Shown one piece after another: positions 12,156-23,499 of a stretch of DNA of 64,000 nucleotides. A program made the translations under genes and the position numbers. The notes below the pieces were generated by a model that was not told where the DNA came from, made no database searches, and saw only the letters and a list, made by a program, of their open reading frames with translations. The DNA comes from Hyaloraphidium curvatum SAG 235-1 (taxonomy: Eukaryota > Fungi > Monoblepharomycota). Within the stretch, counting starts at the first letter, position 1; every line of letters starts with the position of its first letter. The stretch covers positions 248,001 through 312,000 of the forward strand of contig JAIVFI010000018.1 of assembly GCA_025558095.1 (NCBI GenBank), written 5' to 3'.

Positions 12156-15008
12156 CTACACAACGGGCCTCTTTTCGCCATACCACCAGTTCCTCGGCGT
12201 CTCGGCCTGCGCGGGCACCGGCACCGGCACCGCATCGTGGTTCGGCTCCTCCGCCACCCCGTACCCCTGCCCCGCCCCGTACCCGTTCTGCGGCGGTGGC
12301 GACGCCGGCGACGTTGGCGCGGACAGCAAGGTGCCCGTGCCCCTGGGCCCGATCCACTCCCACGACTCGTGCGGCTCGCCGGCCACCATGACGTCGATCA
12401 CCCGCACGTTGGCGTTGTGCTCCACGTCCTTGCGGACCTTGAGCCAAATCCGGCGCACGTCCTGCACGCTGCCGACGTAGTACCGCCCGTCGTCGTGCTG
12501 CGGGAAAGGTCCCTGCCCGCGGCGGCTCCGGGGAGGCGCGACGTGGGTGATGTAGTAGTCCCGGAGCTGGTTGATGCTGACCGCCCCCTCCGAACCCCTG
12601 AGCACGTTGATCACGGCCTGCTGCAGGTCGACGACGAGCTCCCGCTCCTCCTCGGCGCGCTTCCTCTGGCTCCTGAAGCTGCTCAGGAACCACGACAGGC
12701 CCAGGAGCACGGCGACGAGGGCCAGCACGCGGTACCCGATCCTCCTCGCCCAGCAGCCCCACGACTCGATCGGCGCCGAGCTCGTCGCGATGGTCCCGTT
12801 GTCGTACGACAGCCGCGGGAAGTAGATCTTGCCTTCGTCGCCGCCGTCGGCGGCCGGCTGCGCCCTCAGCACCGCCCCGAAGTTCTCCCACGCGGCCTCG
12901 AGCTCAGACGGCGACACCGCGTCCGACCCCGCCTTTCCGCTGCCCGCTGCCATTTTCACCGCCTCCCACGCCTCCCGTTCCGGCATCCCGCTCCCCGTCG
13001 AGGCGGGCCGCGCCTCGCCGCACGCCACGCGCCCCCTGTGCTCCCTCGCCGCCTTCTCGGCCCGCTCCGCGATCCAGCTGACCACCCGGCTGCGCTTCCT
13101 GTCCGCGTCAATCTTGCGCGTGTCGAGCACGCACGCGGGCTGGTTCAGCGGGAAGGGCAGCACGTCGGCGGGGAGGGCCTTTTGCAGGAAGGTCTTCTCC
13201 TCGATGTGGTCCGGCGAGCAGCGCACCACCTTTTGCCGCTCGCAGACGGCGTTGGGCGGGCAGGCGATGACGGAGGGGAGCACGCGGTTGAGGGGGTTGG
13301 TCCTGGTCCAGCCCGGTGCGGCGGCGGCGGGGACGGCGGGGAGCGCGGGGATGTCGGGGAGGTTGGGCTCGTAACCGGAGAAGGTGTTGCGGTACCAGTC
13401 CGCGCCCATGAAGCCCGAGGTGCCGAGGAGCACGGCGAAGAGGACCGCGAGGGGGCCGCGGTAGGGGGAGGCCTCGGGCTGCGGGGCCGCCTTGCGCTTG
13501 GGCGGGCGTTCGGGGCCCAGCGAGATGCGCTTGCCCTCGCCCGTGGGCGAGCGGCGCGCGCTTTCCGTGGGGGACACGGGGAGCACCGCCGCCGGGCGCG
13601 ATGAGGATCCCGAGGAAGTCGAGATGGGCTGCACCTCCTTGCCGGCCGGCTTGACCTGCGGCCCCAGGCCGGCGAGCTTCTCCTTGAGAACCGGGATGGC
13701 CGCCTGCTGCTGCTTGAACTCGCTCAGCACGGGGTTGCGAGCCGCGCGCTCCTGCTCCTGCGCCTGCGCGAGGCGCTCGGCGGCGGGGCGGGAGCGGCGG
13801 GCGAGGGTCTCGGTGCCGGACCGCGCGGGCGGTGCGGGGGCGAACGAGGCGTCATAGACCGGCTGCGCGGGAGCGGGGACCGGGGCGGGAGCAGGGCGGG
13901 GTGCAGGAGCAGGAGCAGGAACGGGAGCGGGAGCCGGCTCCGGCACGAAGCGGGGAGGGGCCGAAACCGGGGCGGTGCGCACGGCCGTCGCCTCCATCGG
14001 CCTGCGCGGGGCCAGGACCGGCTCGCGGGCAGCCATGGGCGCAGGTGCGGGCACCGGCGCCTTGGCGGTCACCGCGGGGTGCGGCGCCGCGATCGGCGAG
14101 TCGACGTAGACCGGCGCGGGGGTGCTGAAGGCGAACGGCTGCGGCGGCGACTCGACGTACGGCACCCTCGCGGGGTCGGGCGTCGCAAACGCCGAGTCGG
14201 GCGTCCACTTCGGCAGCTGGTACTTTTCCTTGACGATCGGCGGCACGGCGGGGGTGAAGTGGTCGAGCGAGGGCGCAGCCGGGCCGGGCTGCTGCGCGGG
14301 GGTGCGCGGGGCCGAGCCGGGGCCGGGCAGCGACTTGCGCGGCTGGCCCTTGAGGCCCGCGACTGCGGGGTGCGGGGCGGGGGCGGGGCGAGCGGGCGAG
14401 GGGCGCTTGCGCGGGGCCGCCTCGTCCGCGCTGCCGCTCTCCGCGGTGCCCGCCCCGCTGCCCTCCGCGTCGGCGTCCGCCATGTCAACGTCGCCGCCCG
14501 CAAACGAGGCGTCGCCGGCGTGCGCCCGCTTGCGCTTGGGCGTCTTTGCGGGCGCCTTCTTTGCCTTGCCCGCGGGCGCCTTCTGCGGCGGCGACTGGAA
14601 CGGGTTCTCGTCCGAGAAGTGGTCCGCCAGCGGGTCGACCGGCGGGTCCGCGGCCTGCTCCTCGCTGATCTCCGCGCGGCGGCGCTTGCGGGGCTCCTCG
14701 GCGGCGGGCTCCCCTGCGGCCCCCGGCGGCGCCTCGCCGTCCGCCTTGCGCCGCTTCCCGCGCGACGCCATGCCCGGCGGCGTCATCGCCCGCTGCAGCC
14801 CGCGCCGCCGCTCCGCCAGCAGCGCCGCCCGCTTCGGCTCGAGGTGCGTCTCGAACAGCGCGACGTACTCCTCGCGCTTCAGCCGGGTCTGCGGCACGGG
14901 CACGTCGTTGGCCGCAAGCAGGCTGACCAGCTCGGCGATCTTGAGCTTCGCGACGTCGAACCCCTCGGCGAGCCAGTCCACGCGGCCGGGCGAGCCGGGG
15001 GACGCCAT
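12156..15008 (-). CDS. SRC1: Man1/Src1/Heh1 inner nuclear membrane protein (HEH/LEM plus Man1-Src1 C-terminal domain)
   Basis: FDVAKLKIAELVSLL HEH; FSDENPFQ; two TM helices; CPPNAVC; C-terminal IWLKVRKDVEHNANV..WEWIG. Confidence 0.9.
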   Translation of the reverse strand: MASPGSPGRVDWLAEGFDVAKLKIAELVSLLAANDVPVPQTRLKREEYVALFETHLEPKRAALLAERRRGLQRAMTPPGMASRGKRRKADGEAPPGAAGEPAAEEPRKRRRAEISEEQAADPPVDPLADHFSDENPFQSPPQKAPAGKAKKAPAKTPKRKRAHAGDASFAGGDVDMADADAEGSGAGTAESGSADEAAPRKRPSPARPAPAPHPAVAGLKGQPRKSLPGPGSAPRTPAQQPGPAAPSLDHFTPAVPPIVKEKYQLPKWTPDSAFATPDPARVPYVESPPQPFAFSTPAPVYVDSPIAAPHPAVTAKAPVPAPAPMAAREPVLAPRRPMEATAVRTAPVSAPPRFVPEPAPAPVPAPAPAPRPAPAPVPAPAQPVYDASFAPAPPARSGTETLARRSRPAAERLAQAQEQERAARNPVLSEFKQQQAAIPVLKEKLAGLGPQVKPAGKEVQPISTSSGSSSRPAAVLPVSPTESARRSPTGEGKRISLGPERPPKRKAAPQPEASPYRGPLAVLFAVLLGTSGFMGADWYRNTFSGYEPNLPDIPALPAVPAAAAPGWTRTNPLNRVLPSVIACPPNAVCERQKVVRCSPDHIEEKTFLQKALPADVLPFPLNQPACVLDTRKIDADRKRSRVVSWIAERAEKAAREHRGRVACGEARPASTGSGMPEREAWEAVKMAAGSGKAGSDAVSPSELEAAWENFGAVLRAQPAADGGDEGKIYFPRLSYDNGTIATSSAPIESWGCWARRIGYRVLALVAVLLGLSWFLSSFRSQRKRAEEERELVVDLQQAVINVLRGSEGAVSINQLRDYYITHVAPPRSRRGQGPFPQHDDGRYYVGSVQDVRRIWLKVRKDVEHNANVRVIDVMVAGEPHESWEWIGPRGTGTLLSAPTSPASPPPQNGYGAGQGYGVAEEPNHDAVPVPVPAQAETPRNWWYGEKRPVV

Positions 15009-15319
15009 GGTTGGGAGTGGAGTGGAGTTTGCGAGGTGACCACTCGGCATGGACGCGCGCCTTGAGCTTGCGGGCGGCACCTTGCGGAAACCCCGGACCG
15101 ATCCGGACCAGATTGACATCGCGCGGGCATTTTCGATTGAAAAAGAGCCGTCTAGAACCCCCCGAATTTCATCCCCGCCCGCGCGCCCCGGTTCGCCGCC
15201 CGCAAGGGTCCTCTTTGGTATCGACACAGAAGGTGTGGTATGGCGCGGGCCCCGCCCGCAAGATGCTGGTGTTTGCTGAAGATGACGTAGGTGGCGGATG
15301 GAAGGCGCCGGCTGCGGAT

Positions 15320-16652
15320 CTAGCGGCGCTTGAAGAGGTAGTGCACGATGCACCACTCGTTGCCTGCCGCCCCGACCGATCAGCACCACACCCTCCCCGG
15401 CAGGACGGAAAAACCCACCGGCGCTGTACCCGAAGAACTCGGCGCACGCGAGGTAGAACACGCGCCAGCGGTTCCACCACGCGTACCCGGCCGCCTGCGA
15501 GCCGTAGGTCTTGACCATGAGCGGCATGATCTCGGCGCGGTGGGCGTCCATGTTCTTGAGCCAGTCCTCCGAGGTCTTCTCTGGAGCGCAAACGGGGATC
15601 AGCAGGCGGAGAGAGGACGGCCGGGCAGCCGCGACCCACGGTAATGGGTGCCGTCGACGATCCACCTGTCCAGCACCTCGAGGTGCTCCTGGAACCACAG
15701 GAACAGGTCCGCCGAGGGCATCGTGCCCCCCGTGAAGAAGTACTTGGCCATCCACGAGTCGTCGTCGGCCGTGTCGTAGTCGTAGGCAAAGTGCTTGTGG
15801 GCAAAGATGTGCACAAAGAGGCGGCCGGTCTCGGGGACGAGCCAGGTGGAGACCTTGGCGAGGAGGGCGCGGTAGTTCTTCATGTGCTCGAACATCTCGA
15901 CCGAGATGATGCGGTCGAACCTGGAAGGGCGGAAGCGGGGTCAGCCTTCCGCCCGGGCCCGAACACCCCGCCCCGGCGCACGCACGTCTCGGTCTGCTCA
16001 AACACGTTGATGTCGCTCGTGATCACCCTCACGTTCCCGAACCCCCTGTCCCTGCACACGCCCTCGATATGCGCGCGCTGCGTCGCCGAGTTGGACAGGC
16101 TGGTGATCCGCGCGTTGGGGTACTTCTCGGCCAGGTACAGCGTGAGCGAGCCCCAGCCGCAGCCGAGGTCCATGATCTTCTGGCCGTCCTGCACGCCGGC
16201 CTTCTCGCAGTACGAGGCGAGCATGAGCTCCTCGGCTTCGTCGAGGGTGGTGGTGGCTGCCGGGGAGGGGTGGCATGAGCACCGGTCCGGCCGGGCGGAG
16301 CGCGGGGCCTCGGCGGCGACCGGGGACGCGCCGGCCCGACAACGAGGCGGGGAAACCCACGCGAGGTGTAGAGGCACGACGAGTACTTGAGCCTCTTCCC
16401 GAGGCACATCTTGAAGAACTCGGTCGGGAGCTCGTAGTGCTGCTCGTTGGCCTCCTTGGTGTGGATCGCGATGCTCGGCGTCTCCTTGAGCATCGCAAGG
16501 TAGCGCTTCTTGTCCTCGTCGTTGCGCACCAGCGAGCCCTGCTCCGACTGCGCGAGGCGGTCCCCGCACAGCTTGCGGATGCCGGCGCGGAGGAGGAAGT
16601 CGGGGAGGTAGCCCTTGTCGAGGAGCGGCTCGTAGATGGCGGCGAGGGACAT
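15320..16652 (-). CDS. CNMT-like (coclaurine N-methyltransferase / Cfa-related) SAM methyltransferase; multi-exon
   Basis: [23 protein letters not shown]; [12 protein letters not shown]; EMFEHMKNY; FFTGGTMPS; [14 protein letters not shown]. Confidence 0.9.
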
Positions 16653-17448
16653 GGCAGCGCGTCGGGCGGGCGGCGGACGGGCGGAGGAGGGCGATTGATG
16701 AGGGAGGTGGTGGGAGCGCCGGGGCGGGCGCGGGGTTTATGCGGGGATCGGAGCGGAGATGAGAGGTGGCTCGAACGCGGTCGGCTCCGGGGGTCAGGAC
16801 GGACCGAGCCCATTCACATGCCCGATCAGCAGCAGGGAGGATGCACCGGATTTGATTTTTCTACGTTACAGAAAGGCGATTCGGGGGAGGATGGCCGGAG
16901 TGCGGCGTCCGCTGCGTCCGATCGCGGTCCGAGAGGGCCAGCACCCCGATCGGCGCTGCATCTCGCGAAGACAAATGCCGTGGCGGCACGCGGACAACGA
17001 TCTGCGCCCTCCCAGAATGCGCAGGCCGCGGCGACACGGCGGATGCGGCAGGGGACGGCGGCTTTCAGTTGAGTGGGACCCGCGGCGGCCGCGGCCGCGT
17101 CGGGAGATTTCCACCCGCACATCCGATCAGACCCCAAAGACCGCGGAGATCCACGCGCGACACCGCACGCGTCCAACGCGGCCTGTGCGCGCATCGCTAG
17201 GCGACGGTCCAAACGGCGCCGACGCGGCGTGCCAGGGGTTCAGGGCTTTTGATCCGGGATCCCCCGAGGAGCCCGCTCGGGCCACGGTTTCGCCGGACGC
17301 TCGGGCCGTCCGCGAGCTTAATCGCGGTCGCCGGCCGCCGAACTCCGGCGACCCAACACCGCTCTCCGCGCACTCCCCCCGCGCCGCCCCGGAGCCTCCC
17401 CGCCGCGCCGCACACGGACCCCGACCCGCCCCATCCCGCCCGCGAAAG

Positions 17449-19194
17449 ATGTCGGCCGCCGTCGCGCCGCAGAGCAAGCAGCCCGCGGGCTCGCTGGCGG
17501 AGTACCTCCTCGACTCGGCTCCTGCTCGCCTCGCGGCCTCGGCTGGTGGGCTGCTCGCGCCCGATCCACCGTCCCCGCTGATCCCCCTCGCCAAACAGCC
17601 CGCTCCGCCGCCCTCGGCCTGCTCAGGTCGATGCGCAGCGGCCAGCTGACTCTGACCGACGAGACCGGCAAGCGCCACCACTTTGGCGTGCAGGGCGCGC
17701 CCATGAAGGCCAAGATGCGGGTGCTCCGCCCGGCCTTCTGGCTCCGCGTCGCGCTGTTCGACCACCTGGTGCGTTCGGGTCGTCTTGACTTGCGTCGGTG
17801 TCGGAGTTGACATAACACGCCCGTTGCCTGCCCATCTTGTTCCCCCTTCGCGATGTGCCGCGCGCCTCTCTCCCCGTCTGGCCCACCCGTGATCTCGCGC
17901 GCCCAGGGCTTCGGCGAGGCCTACATGTACGGCGACGTCCAGGTCGACGACCTCGGCGTCCTGCTCAAGGTGCCCATCCCCGCGTCGCTGGCCGATCTCG
18001 GTCGTCTCACCTCCATGGCCCTCCCAGATCTTTGCCCAGAACCGCGACGCCTTTGCCGACTTCCGCCTCCTCCCCCCCACCCTCGCCCGAGTCTTCGACC
18101 ACCTCTCGGTCCTCCAGTACATCGTCACCGTCCCCGCCAACACGATCTACAAGGCCATCACCAACGTCTCGGCGCACTACGACCTGGGCAACGACATGTT
18201 CCAGTCCTTCCTGGACCCGACCATGACCTACTCGTGCCCCATCTGGAAGACGGTCGACCCCGCCGACCGCGAGGAGGAGAGCCTGGAGAGCGCGTCGCTG
18301 CGCAAGCTCCACACCATGATCTCCAAGGCCCGCATCGGCCACGCCGACCACGTCCTCGAGATCGGCTCGGGTTGGGGCTCCATGGCCATCGAGGCCGTCA
18401 AGCAGACCGGGTGCAGGGTGACCACGCTCACGCTGTCGGTGGAGCAGAAGAAGCTCGCCGAGGAGCGCATCGCCGCCGCGGGGCTGTCGGACAGGATCAC
18501 GGTGCTGCTCAAGGACTACCGCGCCTTCGTCTCGGAGCACCTGGCCGCGGGCGGCAGGCCGTTCGACAGGCTGCTGTCGTGCGAGATGCTCGAGGCCGTC
18601 GGATTCGAGTTCCTGCCCACGTACTTCGACTGCGTGGACCGGATACTGGACAAGAAGCGCGGCGTGGCCTGCATCCAGTTCATCTCCATGCCCGAGAGCC
18701 GCTACGAGGAGTACCGCCGCACGACGGACTACATCCAGAAGCACATCTTCCCCGGTGGGTCCGCGCGCCGCCCTGGACGCCCCCGGCCTTGTTGATCCCG
18801 ACGCCTCCGCCAGGCGGCCACTGCCCTACCCCGACCGCCGTCATCGACGCCGTCTACAAGGGCTCCAAGGGCAACCTCATCGTCGAGGACCTCGAGAACA
18901 TCGGCGGGCACTACGCCAAGGCCCTGCGCATCTGGCGCGAGGAGTTTGTGCGCAACTTCGACAAGGTCGTCGCGGCCGCGGACGAGAAGCACAAGCGCAT
19001 CTACGACGACGTGTTCCGGAGGAAGTGGGAGTTCTGTGGGTCCTCCCCGGCTCCGCCAGCGGTACCGAGTCTCACCCACCCCGACAGACTTTGCCTACTG
19101 CGAGGCCGGCTTCGCCGCCAAGATCCTCGGTGACCACCACATCGTGCTCTGCCGCGAGGCCGACGACTCGCTCCTCTCGGGCATTCCCATGTGA
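17449..19194 (+). CDS. Cyclopropane-fatty-acyl-phospholipid synthase family methyltransferase (Cfa/UfaM/UfaA1 type); multi-exon
   Basis: GFGEAYMYGD; HYDLGNDMFQSFLDPTMTYSC; VLEIGSGWGS; SCEMLEAVG; YIQKHIFPGG; HYAKALRIW; YCEAGF. Confidence 0.93.
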
Positions 19195-19420
19195 TCGCCC
19201 CTTTGCTGCGAGCTGATTTATTCCCGAGGGCGGGACGGGACGGCAAAAGACCCGCGCGGGGGCGGTGCCGCGGGATACCACGACGCGATTTCGTTTAGAC
19301 CTGGGGCTCTATGAGGTCCGGCCGGCGGCCGGGGCCCTTCTTTTTCTCTGAGATGGTGTACATCCGCATCCCTTGATCTATGGCTTCAACTCGACAATAC
19401 TGCGCCCCCAGTCCACGCAA

Positions 19421-20928
19421 TCAGATGCCGCCAACCTTGCCCTCGACCGGCGATGCCGCCTCGGCAGGGGCGCCGGCCGCCAGCGGCTTCCGAGCCTTGA
19501 AGTAGTACATGGGGGTGAAGATCTGGGTCTCGCCCGAGCGCACGAGCGCGTGCGCGCCGACGTCCAGGAACTGGCTCACGGTGGTGGTGCCGGGGGGAGC
19601 GAGGCGGATGAGCTCGAGGAAGCGGGTGAGGTAGCTGGTCACGCTGGAGAAGAAGGGCAATGAGGCGCGATCGCGACGGTGCAGCGAGACGAAACCGACC
19701 TGCGGCCCCACGGTTGCCGGAGCCAGCCGATCGTGATCCCCTCAAGGGTCCAGAGGGCGCTCAGGTCCGTGGTCAGGGGCCAGTACCAGGGCCGCTTGTT
19801 CGTGGCCTTAACAATGTCGTGCTCGTAGGCCAGGTCGACGTCCTCGATGACCTCGAAGCCGACCTCGACGAGGCACTGCTTCCACTCCTCCGTCGTGTAC
19901 CATTTCGGGATCGAGTTGCCCGTCTGCGGCGTCACGAATCAGGCCAAACGCCCCGAAAGTGTCGCGCGCCGAGGAAACCAACCGCCAGCTCGTGCATGAT
20001 GTCGACGTGCTCCTTGTTGTTCGGGTCGTACTTGTCCGTCAGGCACCACTCGTACGCCGCGTACACGCCGCCGGGCTTCAGCACGCGGAAGATCTCCTTC
20101 ATGACGTCGCTCGGCCGGGGGGCGTGGCACGCGGCCTCGATCGAGTAGGCGGCGTCGAACTGCTCCGCCTCGAACGGCATGTCGAGGAAGTTGCCCTTGA
20201 CGGCGCGCGTGAGCCCGTCGAGGCCAAACTTCTTGCAGTAGTGGTTCACGCGCTCGACCTGGTGCCCGTTGAAGTTGATCCCCGTCACGTCGGCGCCCGA
20301 GAAGCGCGCCATCTCGCGGAGCGGGCCGCCGACGCCGCACCCCACGTCCAGGACCTTCATGCCGGGCACGAGCTCCAGCTTGTGGGCCAGGTACGTCTCG
20401 TGGCGCTTGACAGCCACCGACAGCGTGTCGCCCGCGTACATCCGGGCAAAGTGGAACGAGTCGCCCCAGGCTGCGGGGAAGGCGGGTTTAGGCGAGATTC
20501 CAAGAGCTGGGGATCACGGGAAGCTCACCGTACTCGTAGAAGTCGGTGACCTGGAAAGGAAGCAGAATCCGGCAGGGCATCTTTAGACATCTTTTCCAGC
20601 GGCGGACGACACCAAAGGGGCTCACCAGGTCGTAATACGCGCGGGTCAGCGTGTGCGCCGACTCGAGCCTCTTCTGCTCGTGCACATCGGCCACGCCCTC
20701 GCCGTTCTCGGCCTTGGCCCGCTTGAAGGCCTCCGAGTACTCCTGCGCCACGCGCTCGTGGGTCGCGCGGCTCTCCGCGTCCAGGTTCTTCTTGGCCATC
20801 TTCGAAATGAAGCTCGCCTCCGCGGCGTCCTTGGTGAAGTGGATCGCGCTCTTGGCGTCCGCCGCGCCGTTGGCGCGGCCGTTGGCGGCGGCGGCGCCGT
20901 TCTCCGTGGCAGGTGCGGTGGAGGCCAT
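19421..20928 (-). CDS. ERG6: Sterol 24-C-methyltransferase (ERG6/SMT family); multi-exon, with a 22-nt exon at 20529-20550
   Basis: YYDLVTDFYEYAWGDSFHF (spliced); LDVGCGVGGP; YSIEAACHAP; YEW; IFTPMY. Confidence 0.9.
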
Positions 20929-21447
20929 TGCGGGAGTGGAGAAGCGAAAGGAGGTGAGGTGTGCTTTCTGCGGAGCGCGCCCCGTGGGCCGAGTCCAGGC
21001 GCCCGAATTCGGCTGGTGATCGTCGCCCGTCCCCTGCCTCGAGAGAGCGGCGAAGAGAACGAGCGTTCAAAATACGTTCCGCTAGTCGATCTCAAGCTGC
21101 AGATGCCGCTTTGGCGTTGGATTGGTGTCGGGACGGGTCGGGTGGCGCCGGCAGTCCTAGGTAACCGTGCGAATCCTTCAAAGCCGCTCAAGCGGGCTCC
21201 GCATATGCAAGGACTTATATCAACACTATGGGATCAATGCTCTCGATGATGTTTGCCATCCGCTCTCTCCTCTTGTCCTGAGTGGTCTTGGCGCCTTGGC
21301 CGCGCCTGAGGCCGTGCCCTCGTGACCGAAGGTCGCCACAAACAGCTCAAACGCGCCCCCCCGGTTCTCGCGCCAAGGGTGCCTGCCGGACGGCCTGCTG
21401 CCGGTCCCTAGTGCATTTTGACTGGCTGCGCTACTGGGACCGGCGAG

Positions 21448-22654
21448 ATGGCTCTCGTGCTCGCGGGGAGGACCAGAGGAGGCAGACCGGCCGGGGCTCA
21501 GGCACCGGCGACGGTTGGCCTTCTGGACGTGCCAGGTGGGACTCTCGGTGCCAATCTCGTCTCTTGGTCCGCCATTGACCTTTTCTGCCCTTCTTTCCTG
21601 CTCGTGAATGCCACCGCGACGGGCCGAATCGCGTCCTCAACCCCCACCCACGTGCGGCGGACCGCGACGCGACGGCGACCTGTGCCAACATCCTTCCCAC
21701 GCCATGGCAGTCGAGATCATTTTCTCGGTCTTCTCTTTTCTTCCTCGGACCGAGGCCTTCCGGGTCCGCGGGGTGTGCAAGCTTATCGACTTCGTCGCGC
21801 ATTCCTACCTCTACTGGACGGACTGCTCGTTCGACGCCGCGTACCGGCAGCGCACCGGACCCCGTGTCTGCTACCGTATCAGGATCCAGCCGGGGGACGC
21901 CGTCCTACGCCGCGTTTTCGAGGCGTGTGGAAAGGCCGTCAGGCGTGTCAAGGTGCACGCCGTAACGGACCAGCAGCTCTTTGCGACCATGCTGGCCAGT
22001 GGACGCAACCTGCGGAGCCTGCATCTGGGGGCTCTGTCGACGCCGGCCGTTCTGGCGCTCTTTGCGGCGTTGGAGACGGCTTCGTCCGACGGTAGCACGC
22101 ACCTGACGGGCGTTGCCGAGCTGCATGTCGTTGCCACCCCTGCACAGCGCGATCCCGCAGCCCCCGACGCTCCACTTTCGCTAATCGCACGGGTCTTCCC
22201 GAATCTCAAGGCTCTCCACCTGCTGCTCCACTCGACGCTTGAGCCTGGTGACGTGGCATCCCTCACCGGGCTCCACCACCTCGTGGAGCTCTCGCTCGCC
22301 AACTGCGATCAGCTCTCGTCGGCGCACCTGTCGCCTTCGCCCTTCCCTGGCCTGCGGTACCTGTTCCTGTCGCACCTACGTTCGTTCCGCGACGAGGACG
22401 TCCTGCATTTGCCGGCCGGCCTGAGCCTGCTCGCGCTCCACGGCGGCCGATTCCTCACGGACGACATGGTTCCGCACCTGGGTCGCTTCCGCGAGCTGGA
22501 GTGGTTCAAGGTGCTCGCGTGCCCGGGGCTCTCGCTCGCCGCCTTTGATCCTCTCGAAGCGTTCGAACCCGCTCTGGGATGCCCCATGGTGCACTCGTGC
22601 GTCGGACGGTCGGGTGGTCTTGGGATGGCCTTCAGGAGGCGTGGTCCTGTCTAG
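21448..22654 (+). CDS. F-box / leucine-rich-repeat protein; intron 21536-21710
   Basis: Spliced LLDVP|VEIIFSVFSFLP..VRGVCK F-box; LRRs such as FPNLKALHL and LVELSLANCDQLS. Confidence 0.8.
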
Positions 22655-22846
22655 TGTCCTAAAGCGGAAGTGCGCTTTATCGATCTGAAACGCAATGAGC
22701 GACTGCGACAACATCGAGGAATGAACGACCTTGGGAAACGACATGTAAAGGACACAGAGACACGAATGTAGATCTAGACCTGATCTGACACTAAGTAATA
22801 TTTCATCTTTCTGAGAAGTCGAGCCTAAGGCAGCTGCGCCGAGCGA

Positions 22847-23195
22847 GCTCGCCGTTTCGCACCGCCGCCCGAAGCGTCCGCCTGGGGTGATTGCACGGCG
22901 AACTCCCCGGCATCCACAAAGGGCAACAGGCGGATCGCGGCGTAGTGCCGACTGAGACTGAAATGTTAGGGTTGCACGGAGGACAGATGGTCCTCTATTG
23001 TGTTGGGGCGGCTCAGAGGAGGGGCCCGTCCCCCGCAGCCACGAAAACACCCGCCGCACTTCACACATCGAATCATCGGCGAAAAGGGCCACAAAATGGG
23101 GAAATGAGCCGGACGGATGAGTTGAAAAATGAGCAGTGGTCAGAAAACGAAAAAGAGCAAAACAGGCGACGGAGTGTTTCGATCACTCGACGTTT
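22847..23195. repeat. Left arm of a 349-bp inverted repeat
   Basis: Reverse complement of 24208-24556; the mirrored ORF translations differ at only 4 residues. Confidence 0.95.
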
Positions 23196-23235
23196 GGGTT
23201 ATGAGCCCAACACTCTTCCACTGAGCTACGTCGCG
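23164..23235 (-). tRNA. Initiator tRNA-Met(CAT)-like gene, 72 nt, with atypical C1:C72 and U73 (possible pseudo-tRNA)
   Basis: CGCGACG-TA-GCTCAGTGGAAGAGTG-TTGGG-CTCATAA-CCCAA-ACGTC-GAGTG-ATCGAAA-CACTC-CGTCGCC-T; three consecutive G:C anticodon-stem pairs and A54/A60 as in eukaryotic initiators; followed by T-runs. Confidence 0.8.
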
Positions 23236-23499
23236 CGGTATATCGCTGGTTAGCCCGTCCGGGGCCTGATGGCGCGCGTCCGCCCGCCCCCCCAGTCTCC
23301 CACGCCCCGATCCCGGCCGCGGCCCCGCGCTGGCCGCGGATCGCCGAGCGCAATAGTAACTGGGATGCCGGACTCAAGCGCTTCCCGCTGGACGCACCGT
23401 TTTCGTCCGTTTCCGCTGGACCGGTCGACGAGTTTGAGTGACGCTTGGGCCGTTTTTGCGTCACCACCGACACCACCGGCCGAGACGCCCACCACAATT

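Noticed and set aside
13860-13945. gcaggagcaggagc repeats as a non-coding array or CRISPR
   Set aside because: They encode the PAPAPA low-complexity tract of Src1 and show no repeat-spacer structure.
12156-16001. 1281-aa ORF as a single fusion protein
   Set aside because: The N-terminal ~330 aa are off-frame read-through of the CNMT-like gene; the Src1 protein starts near 15008.
17449-19194. Fungal sphingolipid C9-methyltransferase assignment
   Set aside because: It lacks the N-terminal TM segment and HYDRG-type motif. HYDLGN and GFGEAY fit the Cfa/UfaA type.
5183-23235. Functional link between the MetRS-like pseudo-enzyme and the odd tRNA-iMet
   Set aside because: They are 16 kb apart, and the protein looks mitochondrial while the tRNA is of cytosolic type; nothing beyond coincidence supports a link.
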